Numbered from the stretch's first letter, positions 1-12,911 are shown. The stretch is 64,000 nt of DNA from an uncultured Gemmatimonadales bacterium (GCA_963828735.1 CAWHFW010000002.1:672001-736000), one strand, 5' to 3'. The notes: generated by a model not told the origin, from the letters alone. Numbers and translations: made by a program.

Positions 1-2
1 GT

Positions 3-2703
<2,701 letters not shown>

Positions 2704-2771
2704 GGTGTTGTCAGGCGAGGAAGGCGCCCTGGGACGCCCCAGCGCGTCGTCCCCCAACGCTGGAGGCAGTC

Positions 2772-3254
2772 ATGCATCGCATCGGAATCTGTTGTTGTGC
2801 GCTCTTCGTCCTCGCCTGCGGCAAGGCCAAGGAAGAGCCCGCCATGGATCAGGGCGCCGCGGCTCCCGCGGCCGATAGTGCGGCCATGGCGCCGGCCGCG
2901 CCGGCTCCGATCTCGCTGGCGGATGTCGCTGGAAAGTGGAAGATGCGCACCACGAACGAGGCCGGCGACAGCACGCTCGTCGAGTACTCGCTCGACGCCA
3001 CCGCTGATTCGACCTGGGTGCTCCACTTCCCCAAGCGGCCGCCGGTCAAGGCCCACGTCTCCGCGAGCGGCGACAGCATCATCACGGAGGCTGGACCGTA
3101 CGAGAGCGTGCTGCGGAAGGGCGTCCAGGTGAAGACCACCACTGTATTCCGGCTGCAGGACGGCAAGCTGGTCGGCACCATGGTCGCGCACTACACGACC
3201 AAGGGCGCTGACTCCGTACGGAACCTGCGAGCTGAGGGAACCCGCGCGCAGTAA
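2772..3254 (+). CDS. Putative lipoprotein, hypothetical
   Basis: GGAGG RBS, signal peptide with VLAC lipobox, beta-rich C-terminus. Confidence 0.75.
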   Translation: MHRIGICCCALFVLACGKAKEEPAMDQGAAAPAADSAAMAPAAPAPISLADVAGKWKMRTTNEAGDSTLVEYSLDATADSTWVLHFPKRPPVKAHVSASGDSIITEAGPYESVLRKGVQVKTTTVFRLQDGKLVGTMVAHYTTKGADSVRNLRAEGTRAQ

Positions 3255-3307
3255 GCGCCGCGAAGGCCTCGGAACGCCGGCATCCGGAACAGGAATAGAA
3301 CGAACGA

Positions 3308-3346
3308 GGGGCGGCCACTCATTGGAGAAGGCCGCCCCCTACCTTT
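3308..3346. terminator. GC-rich hairpin between convergent genes; left edge of the accessory array
   Basis: GGGGCGGCC (3308-3316) / GGCCGCCCC (3330-3338) followed by CTACCTTTT. Confidence 0.55.
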
Positions 3347-3356
3347 TGGGCAACCT

Positions 3357-3767
3357 TCACTGCACGGGTGGCCCGCTCCGGTACTCGTCGTCGCTCACCT
3401 GCTCCATCCAGTCGACGGCTTTGCCTTCGAGCGCTTCCTGAATGGCGATGTGGGTCATCGCCGTGGTAGCCGTCGCGCCATGCCAATGCTTCTCGCTCGG
3501 CTCGAACAAGACCACGTCCCCGGGTCGGATGACCGCGACCGGCCCGCCGTCGCGCTGCACCCAGCCGCAGCCGAAGGTGACGATCAGCGTCTGCCCCAGC
3601 GGGTGCGTGTGCCACGCAGTGCGTGCGCCCGGCTCGAACGTGACTGCGTTGCCGGCCGCCCGCGTCGGGGCGGTCGCACCGAACAGAGGATCGATCCGGA
3701 CCGTGCCGGTGAACCACTCGGCCGGCCCCTTGGTCGAGGGCTGTGATCCGCTGCGCCTGATCTCCAT
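3357..3767 (-). CDS. Cupin domain protein
   Basis: [13 protein letters not shown] and PGDVV..HWHGA cupin motifs. Confidence 0.9.
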   Translation of the reverse strand: MEIRRSGSQPSTKGPAEWFTGTVRIDPLFGATAPTRAAGNAVTFEPGARTAWHTHPLGQTLIVTFGCGWVQRDGGPVAVIRPGDVVLFEPSEKHWHGATATTAMTHIAIQEALEGKAVDWMEQVSDDEYRSGPPVQ

Positions 3768-3899
3768 CGTTCATCTCCTCAATGATCGACCCGTTGCTGC
3801 GCGCACCCCTGTCGCCTGTTGCGCTGCCCGGTCAACCGTGCCTCAGCCGACCATCACGCCCGCCACTCCGATCCGCTCCACCGTATCGGATGCACCGCG

Positions 3900-4301
3900 T
3901 CATGGAGCGCCCGGCCGCTGAGCCACGGCCGCAATGGCCTCGATGGAAAACAACAGGCCTCGCGGCAGCTGGACCACTGGCGTCGATCGTGCCGGTGGGG
4001 CCACCGGAAAGTACTCCGCGTACAGCGCATTGAGTTGATCGAAGCCTTCCGGGACGGCCAGAAAGCAGGTTGTCTTCACCACCCGATCCAGGCTGCTGCC
4101 GGCGTCCTCCAGGAGCGCCCGGAGATTTTCGAAGGCCTGGCGCGCCTGAAGCTCGAACGTGGCTCCAGCGAGCGCTCCGCTACCGGGGTCCAGCCCGGCC
4201 TGGCCTGCGATGAAGAGCAGATCCCCCAGCCGAACCGCTTGGGAGTAGGGACCGCGCCGCGGCACCCTGGAGCTCTCCACGACCTCATGCAAAGCCGTCA
4301 C
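3900..4301 (-). CDS. RidA/YjgF family protein
   Basis: GPYSQAV, AGQ, PARST, IEAIA; GGAGG RBS before GTG. Confidence 0.9.
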   Translation of the reverse strand: MTALHEVVESSRVPRRGPYSQAVRLGDLLFIAGQAGLDPGSGALAGATFELQARQAFENLRALLEDAGSSLDRVVKTTCFLAVPEGFDQLNALYAEYFPVAPPARSTPVVQLPRGLLFSIEAIAAVAQRPGAP

Positions 4302-4332
4302 TGTGCCTCCGAGGTTTGGTGGTATCCGCCGC

Positions 4333-4710
4333 TCATACGATGCGCCAGGGCGGACAGCGACGGTTCCGGCCCGCCCAATACAGGCACAGAGAGTTGCCTC
4401 CAGGATCCCGGAGCCGGGCCTCGCGCCAGAGCCATGGCTGATCGGCGGGCACACTGTCGAACTGGATTCCAGCCGAGCTGAGGCGCCGCACGATCTCGTC
4501 GAGGTCCTCGCACTCGAAGTAGACCACCGGGCTCGGCCCTGACCCGCGCTCGGAAACCTGTTCGAGCGACAGGGTGCTTTCCCCATCGGGGCATTCGAAG
4601 CGCGCATAGCGCGGGAGGTCCTCGACGATGAGGCGAAGTCCGAGGCGCTGATAGAATGCCACGGCGGGAGCCAGGTCTAGCACCGGGAGCGTCACTTGGT
4701 TGAGGTTCAT
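4333..4710 (-). CDS. VOC/glyoxalase family protein
   Basis: LNQVTLPV..AVAFYQ.LG and WREARLRDP.GN motifs. Confidence 0.9.
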   Translation of the reverse strand: MNLNQVTLPVLDLAPAVAFYQRLGLRLIVEDLPRYARFECPDGESTLSLEQVSERGSGPSPVVYFECEDLDEIVRRLSSAGIQFDSVPADQPWLWREARLRDPGGNSLCLYWAGRNRRCPPWRIV

Positions 4711-4895
4711 GGCAGCTATTTCGGGTGACTCCTCCGAAGGCGTGAGCGACTCGCCGCCGAGCATCCTCAGGCTAGGCAGCGCTTGCCAGAGAGGGTCTCG
4801 CTCGCACGGGAACCCCCGCCCGCACGGAGTGCGGACCAACCGCCCCATCCGCTTCCGGTTGTCAGCTGCACGTGCCGGTTTGATGACGCGACCGG

Positions 4896-5573
4896 CTAGT
4901 CGCGCTCCGGGGCGAGCTGACGCGCTCGTCCAACCTCCTGGGGCGCCGGCTGGTAGGGGATACGAAGCAAATGCACCCGCATGGCGACATTGATCGCGAG
5001 TGAGAGCCATGGTGCCACCAGTGCTATCAACGTCGCGGCGACATAGGCCACGAAGATGATCCGGTAGCCCCGGCGGATTTTGCTGACTTCGACCCCTGGG
5101 CGAAAGAGCCGGCCGCGCGTGAGCGTTTCGAGCAGCAGGTTGAATGCGACACTGCCGAAAACAAACGTTCCGCTATAGAAGGCGACTGCGGCGCTCATCT
5201 GCGGCCCTCCGAGGTTCTCCGCAAGTACCGCGGTCGGGAACGGGAGGAACGTCACATAGAGGAGGGTGCAGCCGTTCGCGAGCCGGGCCGGGCGATCCGT
5301 CGCGCGGACCAGCCGCATGAGGTCGTGATGGGTGGTCCACGTGACCAGGATGACGAAGAAGCTGAAGGCAAACGCGAGGTAGGAAGGCCAGAGTGCCGCG
5401 AGGGCACTCCACAGATTGCCCTCGACCCCCGGCGGAAGGCGAACGTCGAGGATCAGCAGGGTACACGCGATGGCGAAGACGCCATCGCTGAACGCGCAGA
5501 TACGGTCGGTGCCTTCCGTCAACGCGACCTCCGGCGTGCCCTCTAGCTCTGGGCTCGCTCCCCTGCGGCTCAC
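4896..5573 (-). CDS. TMEM175 (DUF1211) family membrane protein
   Basis: R..AFSDGVFAIA.TLL signature; start uncertain. Confidence 0.88.
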   Translation of the reverse strand: MSRRGASPELEGTPEVALTEGTDRICAFSDGVFAIACTLLILDVRLPPGVEGNLWSALAALWPSYLAFAFSFFVILVTWTTHHDLMRLVRATDRPARLANGCTLLYVTFLPFPTAVLAENLGGPQMSAAVAFYSGTFVFGSVAFNLLLETLTRGRLFRPGVEVSKIRRGYRIIFVAYVAATLIALVAPWLSLAINVAMRVHLLRIPYQPAPQEVGRARQLAPERD

Positions 5574-5994
5574 CGAGCGCGCGGCTTGAGCCTGGAAAGC
5601 CTACCTCCAACCTGGGCAACGATCTTGTGGAGTTCGCTGGTGAACATAGCTCCAACGGCGCTGGCGGCAAACGTCAGGGGCGGGCCCTCCTGGTGACTCT
5701 CATGGCCGTGGCCTGCACGGCTGGTGGGGAACAGCGTTTCTTCAGGAATCCAAGTCGCTCGACTGCGGAAACAGGACGGGCCGATGTGGCGAGGGCCGTT
5801 CGGGCGCCCCGAGGCCCCCAGCGAAAGGTGACGGTCGCGTACCGTCCAACGACATCCTCCTGAAACTCGTTTCACCGCGCGACGTACAGGACTCCGCGAG
5901 CCGGAGAAGCACATCCAGGCTTACGCCCGCGGAGGCCAATAGGATCGACGAACTTCTTCGCTTCCTGGCGCCGCTGACACCCGCGGTACTTCCC

Positions 5995-6240
5995 GTGGTC
6001 GTGTTCATCTGGTACCGCACGCGACGAGAGCTCCGAGAGATCCGACAGGAGCTCGCAGCCCTGCGTCAGGCGGAGTCGCCGCCGGACCCTCGTTTCGACG
6101 AGCTGCTTGAGGCGGTCGAAGCGATGGGCGGCGATCTGGGACGCCTGGCAGAGGCTCAGCGTGTGACGATGCGCCTGGTGTCTGAACGCGACCCGGTACG
6201 GTCGCGACTCGAGCCGGGGCCTACGACGGAACCGGGTTGA
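5995..6240 (+). CDS. Small single-TM coiled-coil protein (true start probably ~50 nt upstream)
   Basis: Hydrophobic stretch followed by heptad-like RFDELLEAVEAM..LGRLAEAQR. Confidence 0.55.
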   Translation: MVVFIWYRTRRELREIRQELAALRQAESPPDPRFDELLEAVEAMGGDLGRLAEAQRVTMRLVSERDPVRSRLEPGPTTEPG

Positions 6241-6351
6241 GAGTCGGCCGCGAAAAGCGCAGCGAAGGGACCAGCGCCAGCGCCGGCCGTCTCAAGTCAT
6301 TCCGACTCACCCGGCAGTCGGGATCACACCCCACGACCGAGTCGCTGTTGA

Positions 6352-6369
6352 GGCATGCGTGGGTTAGAC
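6352..6369 (-). repeat. attC remnant (R'' end)
   Basis: GCATGCGTGGGTTAGAC; contains the TAA stop of the Vat-like gene. Confidence 0.55.
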
Positions 6370-6996
6370 CGCGCGCTCTAGCGCTCCGACGTCTCCCGCA
6401 CAGATGATTCTGACGTTCCGGGTGACCTTCTCCACATCCCACTCCCACCACGCGATCGCGCGCAAGCGTTCGACGGTCGTCGGGTCGAACCGCGAGCGGA
6501 TGACAGCGGCAGGATTGCCGCCGACAATCGTGTAGGCGGGCACGTCCCGCGTCACGACCGCGGCACTCGCCACAATGGCACCATCCCCGATGGTCACTCC
6601 AGGCATGACCGTCGCGCGATAGCCGAGCCAGACGTCGTTCCCGACGTTGGTATCACCCCGCATCGGCCACTGCGGCCGCTCCGCCAACTCCCAGCCGTGA
6701 CCGAAAACGGGGAACGGGTAGCTGGTCAGCCATGACGTCATGTGGTTGCCGCCGTTCATGATGAACGTCGTCTCGGCCGCAATCGAGCAATACTTCCCGA
6801 TGATCAGGCGGTCACCGATAAAGTCGAAATGATACAGTACCTGCTCCTCGAAGTGCGCTGGCCCGCGAGGGTCGTCGTAGTAGGTATAGTCCCCCACGAT
6901 GATGGTAGGTCGTGTAATGAAGTTCTTCAGGAACCCGAGACGCTCGACGCCCGGAATGGGGAATGGCCGATCGGGCGAGGGGCCGTGGTCTGTCAT
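6364..6996 (-). CDS. Vat/CatB-related hexapeptide O-acetyltransferase
   Basis: [34 protein letters not shown] motifs. Confidence 0.9.
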   Translation of the reverse strand: MTDHGPSPDRPFPIPGVERLGFLKNFITRPTIIVGDYTYYDDPRGPAHFEEQVLYHFDFIGDRLIIGKYCSIAAETTFIMNGGNHMTSWLTSYPFPVFGHGWELAERPQWPMRGDTNVGNDVWLGYRATVMPGVTIGDGAIVASAAVVTRDVPAYTIVGGNPAAVIRSRFDPTTVERLRAIAWWEWDVEKVTRNVRIICAGDVGALERAV

Positions 6997-7203
6997 TCGA
7001 CGCTCCCAGCGGGGCCTGTCGGGGACGGTGGCGGCCTTCCCTGCGAATGCACATCGCCGTGCCTCGCTTGGCCGTCTGACACGAACCTGCGTTCCGTTAC
7101 GCTCCAGACTCAGAGCACCCACATCAATCGGATGCGTCCCACGAACCGGCCAGGTGCCTTGATGGAGGGCCCTCCCTGCCGAGCACGCCGCCCAGGATGG
7201 CGT

Positions 7204-7599
7204 TCAGCCCGTGGCCGGACGCCCGCCGAAGCTGACGACGTAGCCATCGGGGTCCTCGACGTAGAAGTCCATGGTACCCCACGCGGTCGCGGTCAATGGT
7301 CTGAGGATCTGTGCGCCGTTCGCCGTACAGCGCGCATAGAACGCCTCGATGCCGTCGACGCCGGCCGCGGCGTCGAGATGCTCGTGCTCACGCCGGTGCC
7401 GGCGCTCAGCAGCATTCTTGGGCGCTTCCTTCAGGTGGAGCTCCAGCCCATCGAGTTGGCCGATCGCATAGAACCCGTCCCACGGCTCACCGAAGGTGAA
7501 GCCGAGCTTCTCATAGTAAGCGATCGACCGCGCGAGATCGTCGACCAGGAACTGGGGAGCAAAGGATGTCACCCGGGGTTTCGTTTCGAGAGTCGTCAT
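7204..7599 (-). CDS. VOC/bleomycin-resistance family protein
   Basis: PQFLVDDL..SIAYYEKLGF; WG..DFYVEDPDG. Confidence 0.88.
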   Translation of the reverse strand: MTTLETKPRVTSFAPQFLVDDLARSIAYYEKLGFTFGEPWDGFYAIGQLDGLELHLKEAPKNAAERRHRREHEHLDAAAGVDGIEAFYARCTANGAQILRPLTATAWGTMDFYVEDPDGYVVSFGGRPATG

Positions 7600-7628
7600 T
7601 TGGATCTGTGTATTCATAGATGCGGTGC

Positions 7629-7668
7629 CCCTCACGAGATGTGTATCAGCTTGATGTGCGGGTTAGGC
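7629..7668 (-). repeat. Internally deleted attC (both ends retained)
   Basis: CCCTCACGAGATGTGTATCAGC joined to TGTGCGGGTTAGGC. Confidence 0.6.
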
Positions 7669-7684
7669 CGCATCCGGCACGTGC

Positions 7685-8125
7685 TCAGACCCAGCGCCGC
7701 ACTCGCGATCTGTAGGCCCGATACGCCTCCCCGAACTTCGCCTCCAAATACCTTTCCTCTCGAGCAATCACGCCCCATCGAAGCACCGCCAGCACCGGCG
7801 CGAGCAGGAGCAGAGGCCAGAGCGCATTCACGAGCAGTGCAATGCCCGCGTAGAGCCCGCTCAGAGCGAGGTAGAGCGGATTCCGCGTGAACCTGAAGGG
7901 CCCATCGGAGACAATGGCTAACGTCGGCTGATCTGGACGGATGTTCGTGCCGGCTCGTTTCATCGCCGCCTCTGCCGAGCGAGCCAGCAAGCCGCTCGCC
8001 ATAACCAGCACGACCCCCATCATACGAGCAGGCAGCGACGGTAGCGGCTGAGCCGGACGTATCCAGTGGAGGACCAACCCGAGGGCGAGCGCGCCCGCAA
8101 AGAGAAGCGGCGGGAATATCACCAC
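7685..8125 (-). CDS. Isoprenylcysteine carboxyl methyltransferase (ICMT/PEMT) family protein
   Basis: GPFRFTRNPLY, EERYL..KFGEAY..Y...VRRW. Confidence 0.88.
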   Translation of the reverse strand: MVIFPPLLFAGALALGLVLHWIRPAQPLPSLPARMMGVVLVMASGLLARSAEAAMKRAGTNIRPDQPTLAIVSDGPFRFTRNPLYLALSGLYAGIALLVNALWPLLLLAPVLAVLRWGVIAREERYLEAKFGEAYRAYRSRVRRWV

Positions 8126-8173
8126 GCCCGGCGAATCTGGATTTCGCTGGATACGTCCTCCGGACGTGATGCC

Positions 8174-8313
8174 GCTTCACGACACGGCGCATCGCATGCA
8201 GTCCCTCGAGTCCGTGCCCACATCAATCTACGCTCTACGGCGCACTCATCGAGAGCTTTGTCCGAACGGAGGCCGGCGCCATTCCAGCCTGTCGCGGCGA
8301 GCGCGGGTTGGGC
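8174..8313 (-). repeat. Degenerate full-length attC
   Basis: GCTTCAC...CCTGTCG...GCGCGGGTTGGGC, 140 bp, just downstream of the MerB-like stop. Confidence 0.6.
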
Positions 8314-8322
8314 GCGCCGGAC

Positions 8323-8997
8323 CTAGAAGGTGTCCGCCTGTGGATCCCAGAACGGATCCTGCAGCCCGAGCCCCGCAAAGATCCTGCGCATCTCGTCGGG
8401 ACCGGGACGCCGCGCGTCGGGCGAGAGCCGGGTGGCGTACCACGTGACTGCCAGCTGCCACAGTTGCTCCATGGTCACGAGCGGCCGCCGCGTAATACCC
8501 CGCGCGCGGCACCACGCATTCACCAGTTCTTCCGACCGGAAGAAGAGCATGGTGCTTCAGGTGAAGACCAGGTCCACCCACCAGCGCACCGCCGGGACTT
8601 GGCAGTGGAAGAGCCATGGGCTGGGCTCAGGCCCGCCCGGACCGACCTGGAGGCGGAGGGGCGTGCCCGACTGCCCGCAGCTCGAGTTGACCACTCCCTC
8701 CCGATGCAAGGCGGCGGGGATACCGAGCGCGTCCCAGGCGCAGTTGGCGAAGTAGGTTTGCCGCCCCACCTCCACGGTATGCGGCGTCGGCACCCCGGAA
8801 AAGGGTGGGGCCATGCGAATGGTCTCGCCATCCGGTTCCAAGAGGAGGACGCGATTCGCGCGCAAACGGCTATAGGCTGCACGAACGTCCTCGTCGGAGC
8901 ACCGAAACTCGGCAGCGACGTGGGCAAGCACGGGTGCGTGACCTGTGCTCGCGAAGTGCTGGTAGACAGCCAGCCGGACGTTGGTATCGAACTCCAT
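8323..8997 (-). CDS. MerB-like (alkylmercury lyase family) protein with in-frame UGA, probable selenoprotein
   Basis: ORFs 8557-8997 and 8323-8550 are in the same frame, joined by ACC-TGA-AGC-ACC-ATG; NCAWDAL catalytic-type motif; SECIS-like hairpin after the UGA. Confidence 0.8.
8521..8554 (-). promoter_or_regulatory. Candidate bacterial SECIS element
   Basis: CACCA-TGCTC-TTCTTCC-GGTC-GGAAGAA-C-TGGTG on the mRNA strand; GG-containing loop starts 19 nt 3' of the UGA. Confidence 0.72.
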
Positions 8998-9066
8998 CTG
9001 GGTCTAGGCGCTCCGCGGTGGCGGCCTGCGGTATGCGTAGGTTGGACGGCCTCTTCTACAATACCC

Positions 9067-9864
9067 TCAGCGGAGTACGTCGTCCCGGGGTCCGGGTTTG
9101 CGGGCGTACCCGATGTAGCTCACCGAGGTGTCGGGGCTCTCGCCCAGCTCCATCTCCCGGAAGGCCGCGGCATAGCTCAGGAGTCCCCGCTTGCGTCGGC
9201 GCAGGGCCCGGATGAGACGCAGCGGGCTCGCACGGGGCTTGAGCCCAGTTAGCCCGACCGGCACGAGCCCATGGAGCTCCAATTCCCGCCGGAGCTCGGC
9301 GGGACGAATGAACATGTTCCAGTCATGCAACCGTGACGGCATCAAGGCGGTCCAGCGCCAATCCTGGAGCAGTTTGATCACGATCAGTCGGCTCCGGAGG
9401 GTCCGATTGATGGTCTCATAGAAATAGGTTCCCCCCGGCCTGAGCATGCGCGCTGTTTCTGCGATGACCTGGGGTAAGTCGGTCACGTGTTCCAACACAT
9501 CGCAGCAATACACGATGTCGAAGCTTGCGTCGGCAAAGGGGAGTGCCTCCCCCAGCGCGCGCTGATACCCAATGGTAAGTCCTTGAGTGGCTGCATGTGC
9601 TCGCGCCGCTACCAGTGACTCCTCCGATGGGTCCACCCCGATCACCGCGCATCCCAAGCGGGCGAACTCCTCGGCCAACAATCCCCCACCGCAGCCGATA
9701 TCCAAGACGTGGAGGCCGCCAGGGGCCACATGCAGCTCCTCAACGAGCACCCGCCGCATGTAGCCGAACCGCGCGGGATTGAGAGCGGCAAGCACATGCA
9801 GGCAGCCGCCCTCGTTCCACCAACTGTCGGCCATCCGACCGTAAACGGCATTGTCGACAGGCAC
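9067..9864 (-). CDS. UbiG-like SAM-dependent O-methyltransferase
   Basis: LNPARF, VLDIGCGGGLL, CCDVLEHV, TINRT, HDWNMFI.P.EL. Confidence 0.88.
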   Translation of the reverse strand: MPVDNAVYGRMADSWWNEGGCLHVLAALNPARFGYMRRVLVEELHVAPGGLHVLDIGCGGGLLAEEFARLGCAVIGVDPSEESLVAARAHAATQGLTIGYQRALGEALPFADASFDIVYCCDVLEHVTDLPQVIAETARMLRPGGTYFYETINRTLRSRLIVIKLLQDWRWTALMPSRLHDWNMFIRPAELRRELELHGLVPVGLTGLKPRASPLRLIRALRRRKRGLLSYAAAFREMELGESPDTSVSYIGYARKPGPRDDVLR

Positions 9865-9969
9865 CGAGGGTTACCTCGCGCGCACGCCGCCACCAACGGC
9901 GTCCCGTACGCCTGCTCTTGGTGTTGCGTCAGCCGCAGGCCAGCAGGCCGCTTCGCGGCACGTCACGGC

Positions 9970-11178
9970 TCACCGTCCGACTCCCTGCACCACAATGGGC
10001 GCCGTCCACCGGAACGTTCCCCACGCCATGGCGAGCGTACCGTGCCTGGTGTCGCTCGCCTCGATCGAGATAGTGAACTTCTCCACCGGAGTGCCCACAC
10101 TATCTGATTTCATCGGCGCCGTGCCCACATCCTGGGCCCGGCTGTATTCCGTTCCCCACTGCCCCGTCTGCCTATTCACGATGAGATCGACGCCCCTGAC
10201 GTGTGGGGCGGTCCACAGGGTGTACGTCCCCGCCGGCAGTGGCAATCCCGCGAGCGTAATCGACGATGAGCTCGTGAACTGGGTCGCGGCATTTGCTCCC
10301 GTGCGCCAGACGCGGTCATAGCTGATCACGTTGCCCAGCAGCGTCCGCCCCCGCGCAAGCGGACGCCCGTAGTCCACTGCAAAGGTGGCGGCGCCGATGG
10401 TGGCCCGTGCGGTATCCCGCACGCTGAGCTGCGACGGGCCGGTGCGTCGCTCGGCGGCAGCGAAACGCTCCCCGATGGCCTCGACGTCGGGAAGTGTCGC
10501 CGTCCGCGCGACGGCGACCTTGTAGGTGCTTCGCATCCCCGAGTAGGTCAGCATGCGCCCGCCGCTGTCGACCGTCGCATCGCCGGTCCCCGACAACCAG
10601 TCGTGCCGGAGCTCTACCTTGCCCCCGGCAAGTGGGTGCACGTAGCCCCGGTGCAGCGTGAAGCTCGGTCCGACGTCCCGATCGGGATAGAACTGCCGGA
10701 ACGGCACGCTGTCGCCCGGCGCGAGTCCGGTCGCCGCGGCGCGGCGGAGCGCCGCCGCGATCTCCAGTTCAATGACGCTGTACATCATCGACACGTGCGG
10801 CACCGTGATCGCTCCCTTCGTCGCGAACGAAGTGTCCCGCACGCCGCCGCTGTCGCGGACCGAGATGGTCACCGCCTCGTTGGAGAAGTCCGCCGTGATC
10901 CGGCGTCCACGCTCCCTCGGCGACGGGCCGTTTGGCGTTCGAACGTCCATCACCATGTGCCGGATCCTGCCGTCCTCGGTCAGATCGAATTCGGTGTGAC
11001 GCTGTCGGACGAAGGGCCATCGATCCACGCCGTCGGCGACCAGCTGGGTGGGAGAACGGGCGATCCGCTCGAGGGAGACGGTGTCGTTTCCAAGCAACGC
11101 GACAAAACCGTAGCGCTCGGGTGGCGTGGCGTTGCTGCAGGCGAGGACGAGGAGGGCGAGGAGTAGCGACCGCTTCAT
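9970..11178 (-). CDS. DUF2911 domain lipoprotein
   Basis: VLAC lipobox; C-terminal DYGRP..RGR, VWRTGANAAT, QWGTEY. Confidence 0.85.
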   Translation of the reverse strand: MKRSLLLALLVLACSNATPPERYGFVALLGNDTVSLERIARSPTQLVADGVDRWPFVRQRHTEFDLTEDGRIRHMVMDVRTPNGPSPRERGRRITADFSNEAVTISVRDSGGVRDTSFATKGAITVPHVSMMYSVIELEIAAALRRAAATGLAPGDSVPFRQFYPDRDVGPSFTLHRGYVHPLAGGKVELRHDWLSGTGDATVDSGGRMLTYSGMRSTYKVAVARTATLPDVEAIGERFAAAERRTGPSQLSVRDTARATIGAATFAVDYGRPLARGRTLLGNVISYDRVWRTGANAATQFTSSSSITLAGLPLPAGTYTLWTAPHVRGVDLIVNRQTGQWGTEYSRAQDVGTAPMKSDSVGTPVEKFTISIEASDTRHGTLAMAWGTFRWTAPIVVQGVGR

Positions 11179-11457
11179 CTGATGCCCTTTATGAAGGTGA
11201 GCCCGAGCGGTTCTCCGAGGAAGGGGCGGCGCCGCCCCCGCAGCCGGGACCACGGAAGGGACGACCGAAGGAGGGAATCCTGACACAGGCCGTGCGCGGC
11301 GGGGACCATCGTCGGCACGAAGAAAAACAGGCCCTCAGACCCGTCGCCCGCGCCAGCTTGCCTTCCGCAGCGTCCCAACGGGACCGCGTCTTGACAAGAC
11401 ATGATCATGCTCCCATTTAGGTACCCGGCCGTACCACTTTTCCTCTCGGAGGGACCC

Positions 11458-11739
11458 ATGTACATCATGGTCCAGCACACGATCTCCGAGCCAGCCGTCT
11501 TCTGGAAGGCGGCTGACCCGAGCACCTTTCCCGCAGGACTCAAGCTCCACCACACCTTCCCGACACCTGACGGCACCCGGGCCGTTTGCATCTGGGAAGC
11601 CGCGTCGATAGACATGCTGCGCGACTTTCTGGAGCCCGCCGTGGGGCGGGTCAGCCGCAACGAGTACTTCCCCGTTGAGAACCGGGAGGGCCTCGGCCGT
11701 CCTTCGCGCGTGCCACAGACCGCCGCCGCTGGCTCTTAG
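11458..11739 (+). CDS. Small hypothetical protein (dimeric alpha/beta barrel-like)
   Basis: GGAGG RBS; DG..AVC.WEA pattern. Confidence 0.7.
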   Translation: MYIMVQHTISEPAVFWKAADPSTFPAGLKLHHTFPTPDGTRAVCIWEAASIDMLRDFLEPAVGRVSRNEYFPVENREGLGRPSRVPQTAAAGS

Positions 11740-11876
11740 GCGCGACAGGCAGGAGCGCCTCCGGCTCCAGGGCCTCGGGACTGCACCCGAGGCCCTCCAC
11801 TTTGGCAACGCACCATGAGTGGCCTGGTGGTCATTCGGGCACCGTCTACCGGGACACCGATGGCCGACTCGACGAC

Positions 11877-11907
11877 TTGACAATCCATAAGTATTAGCTT
11901 ATATGTT
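11877..11907 (+). promoter_or_regulatory. Sigma70-like promoter overlapping a palindromic ArsR-type operator
   Basis: TTGACA at 11877; ATAAG-TATTAG-CTTAT inverted repeat; AT-rich -10 region just before the ATG. Confidence 0.65.
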
Positions 11908-11911
11908 CTCC

Positions 11912-12235
11912 ATGCAGACCGCGGCCGAGAACAAGATCTTCCAGGCGCTGGCGGACCCCAGCCGCCGGGCGATCTTCGAGTCGCTCACGCGCGGCGAAGC
12001 GGCGGTGAAGGACCTCACGGCGCGCTTCGACATCTCGCAGCCGGCGGTCTCGCAGCATCTCGCCACCTTGAAAGACGCCGGCCTGGTGAACGGCCGGCGC
12101 GAGGGGCGCTGCGTCTACTACCGGGTGGAGCCGCGCGGGATGAAGCCGCTCATCGACTGGATCGCGCACTACCGCGCCTTCTGGACGGAGCACGTCGATC
12201 GCCTCGAACAACTGCTGGAGAAGATGGACGAATGA
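11912..12235 (+). CDS. ArsR/SmtB family transcriptional regulator
   Basis: IFQALADPSRR, ISQPAVSQHL..L..AGLV. Confidence 0.92.
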   Translation: MQTAAENKIFQALADPSRRAIFESLTRGEAAVKDLTARFDISQPAVSQHLATLKDAGLVNGRREGRCVYYRVEPRGMKPLIDWIAHYRAFWTEHVDRLEQLLEKMDE

Positions 12236-12672
12236 CCGCCATCGACACGACCGCACCATCGCAAACCGAATCCATTTCGTTCGAGTTCGATTTGCATCAT
12301 GCGCCGGAGAAGGTGTGGCGCGCGCTCACCGACCCCGCGCTGCTCGCCGAGTGGCTCCTGCCCGTCGTCGAGCTCAAGCTCGAGCCGGGGGCGGCGTTCA
12401 CGTTCAAGACGCAGCCGCACCCCGGGTGGGACGGCACCGTGAACTGCCGGATCCTCGAGATCGAAGCGCAGAGGAAGCTCAGCTACACGTGGGTCGTCGG
12501 CGTCCTGGACACCGTCGTGACCTTCACGCTCACGCCCACGGCGTCGGGCACGCGCCTGTCCCTCGTGCAGTCGGGCTTCAAGCCGGACCAGAAGCAGAAC
12601 TTCGGCGGCGCGCGCTACGGCTGGAAGATGATGGGCGGGAAGCTCGTCGACCTGCTCGCGAGGATCCCATGA
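12232..12672 (+). CDS. SRPBCC/AHA1 domain protein
   Basis: PEKVWRALTDP..L..W; LSYTW; GTRL.LVQSGF; ATGA overlap. Confidence 0.9.
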   Translation: MTAIDTTAPSQTESISFEFDLHHAPEKVWRALTDPALLAEWLLPVVELKLEPGAAFTFKTQPHPGWDGTVNCRILEIEAQRKLSYTWVVGVLDTVVTFTLTPTASGTRLSLVQSGFKPDQKQNFGGARYGWKMMGGKLVDLLARIP

Positions 12673-12911
12673 ACTGGAACAACTGGATTCGGCAGACCCA
12701 CCGCTGGCTGTCCATCGCCTTCACGGTGACCGTCATCGCCAACTTCGTCGCCATGACGCAGAGGGCAGCCTCCCGCCTGGGTGACCTACTCGCCGCTGCT
12801 CCCGCTCGCCTTGCTCCTGTTCACCGGTCTGTACCTGTTCGTGCTGCCGTATGCCACCAAGTGGCGCAGCGGGCGACGCGCCGACCGAACGGCGGTCATC
12901 GCAACGAATGA
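12669..12911 (+). pseudogene. Small membrane protein with frameshift near 12760
   Basis: MNWNNWIRQTHRWLSIAFT continues as PPAWVTYSPLLPLALLLFTG in another frame. Confidence 0.65.
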
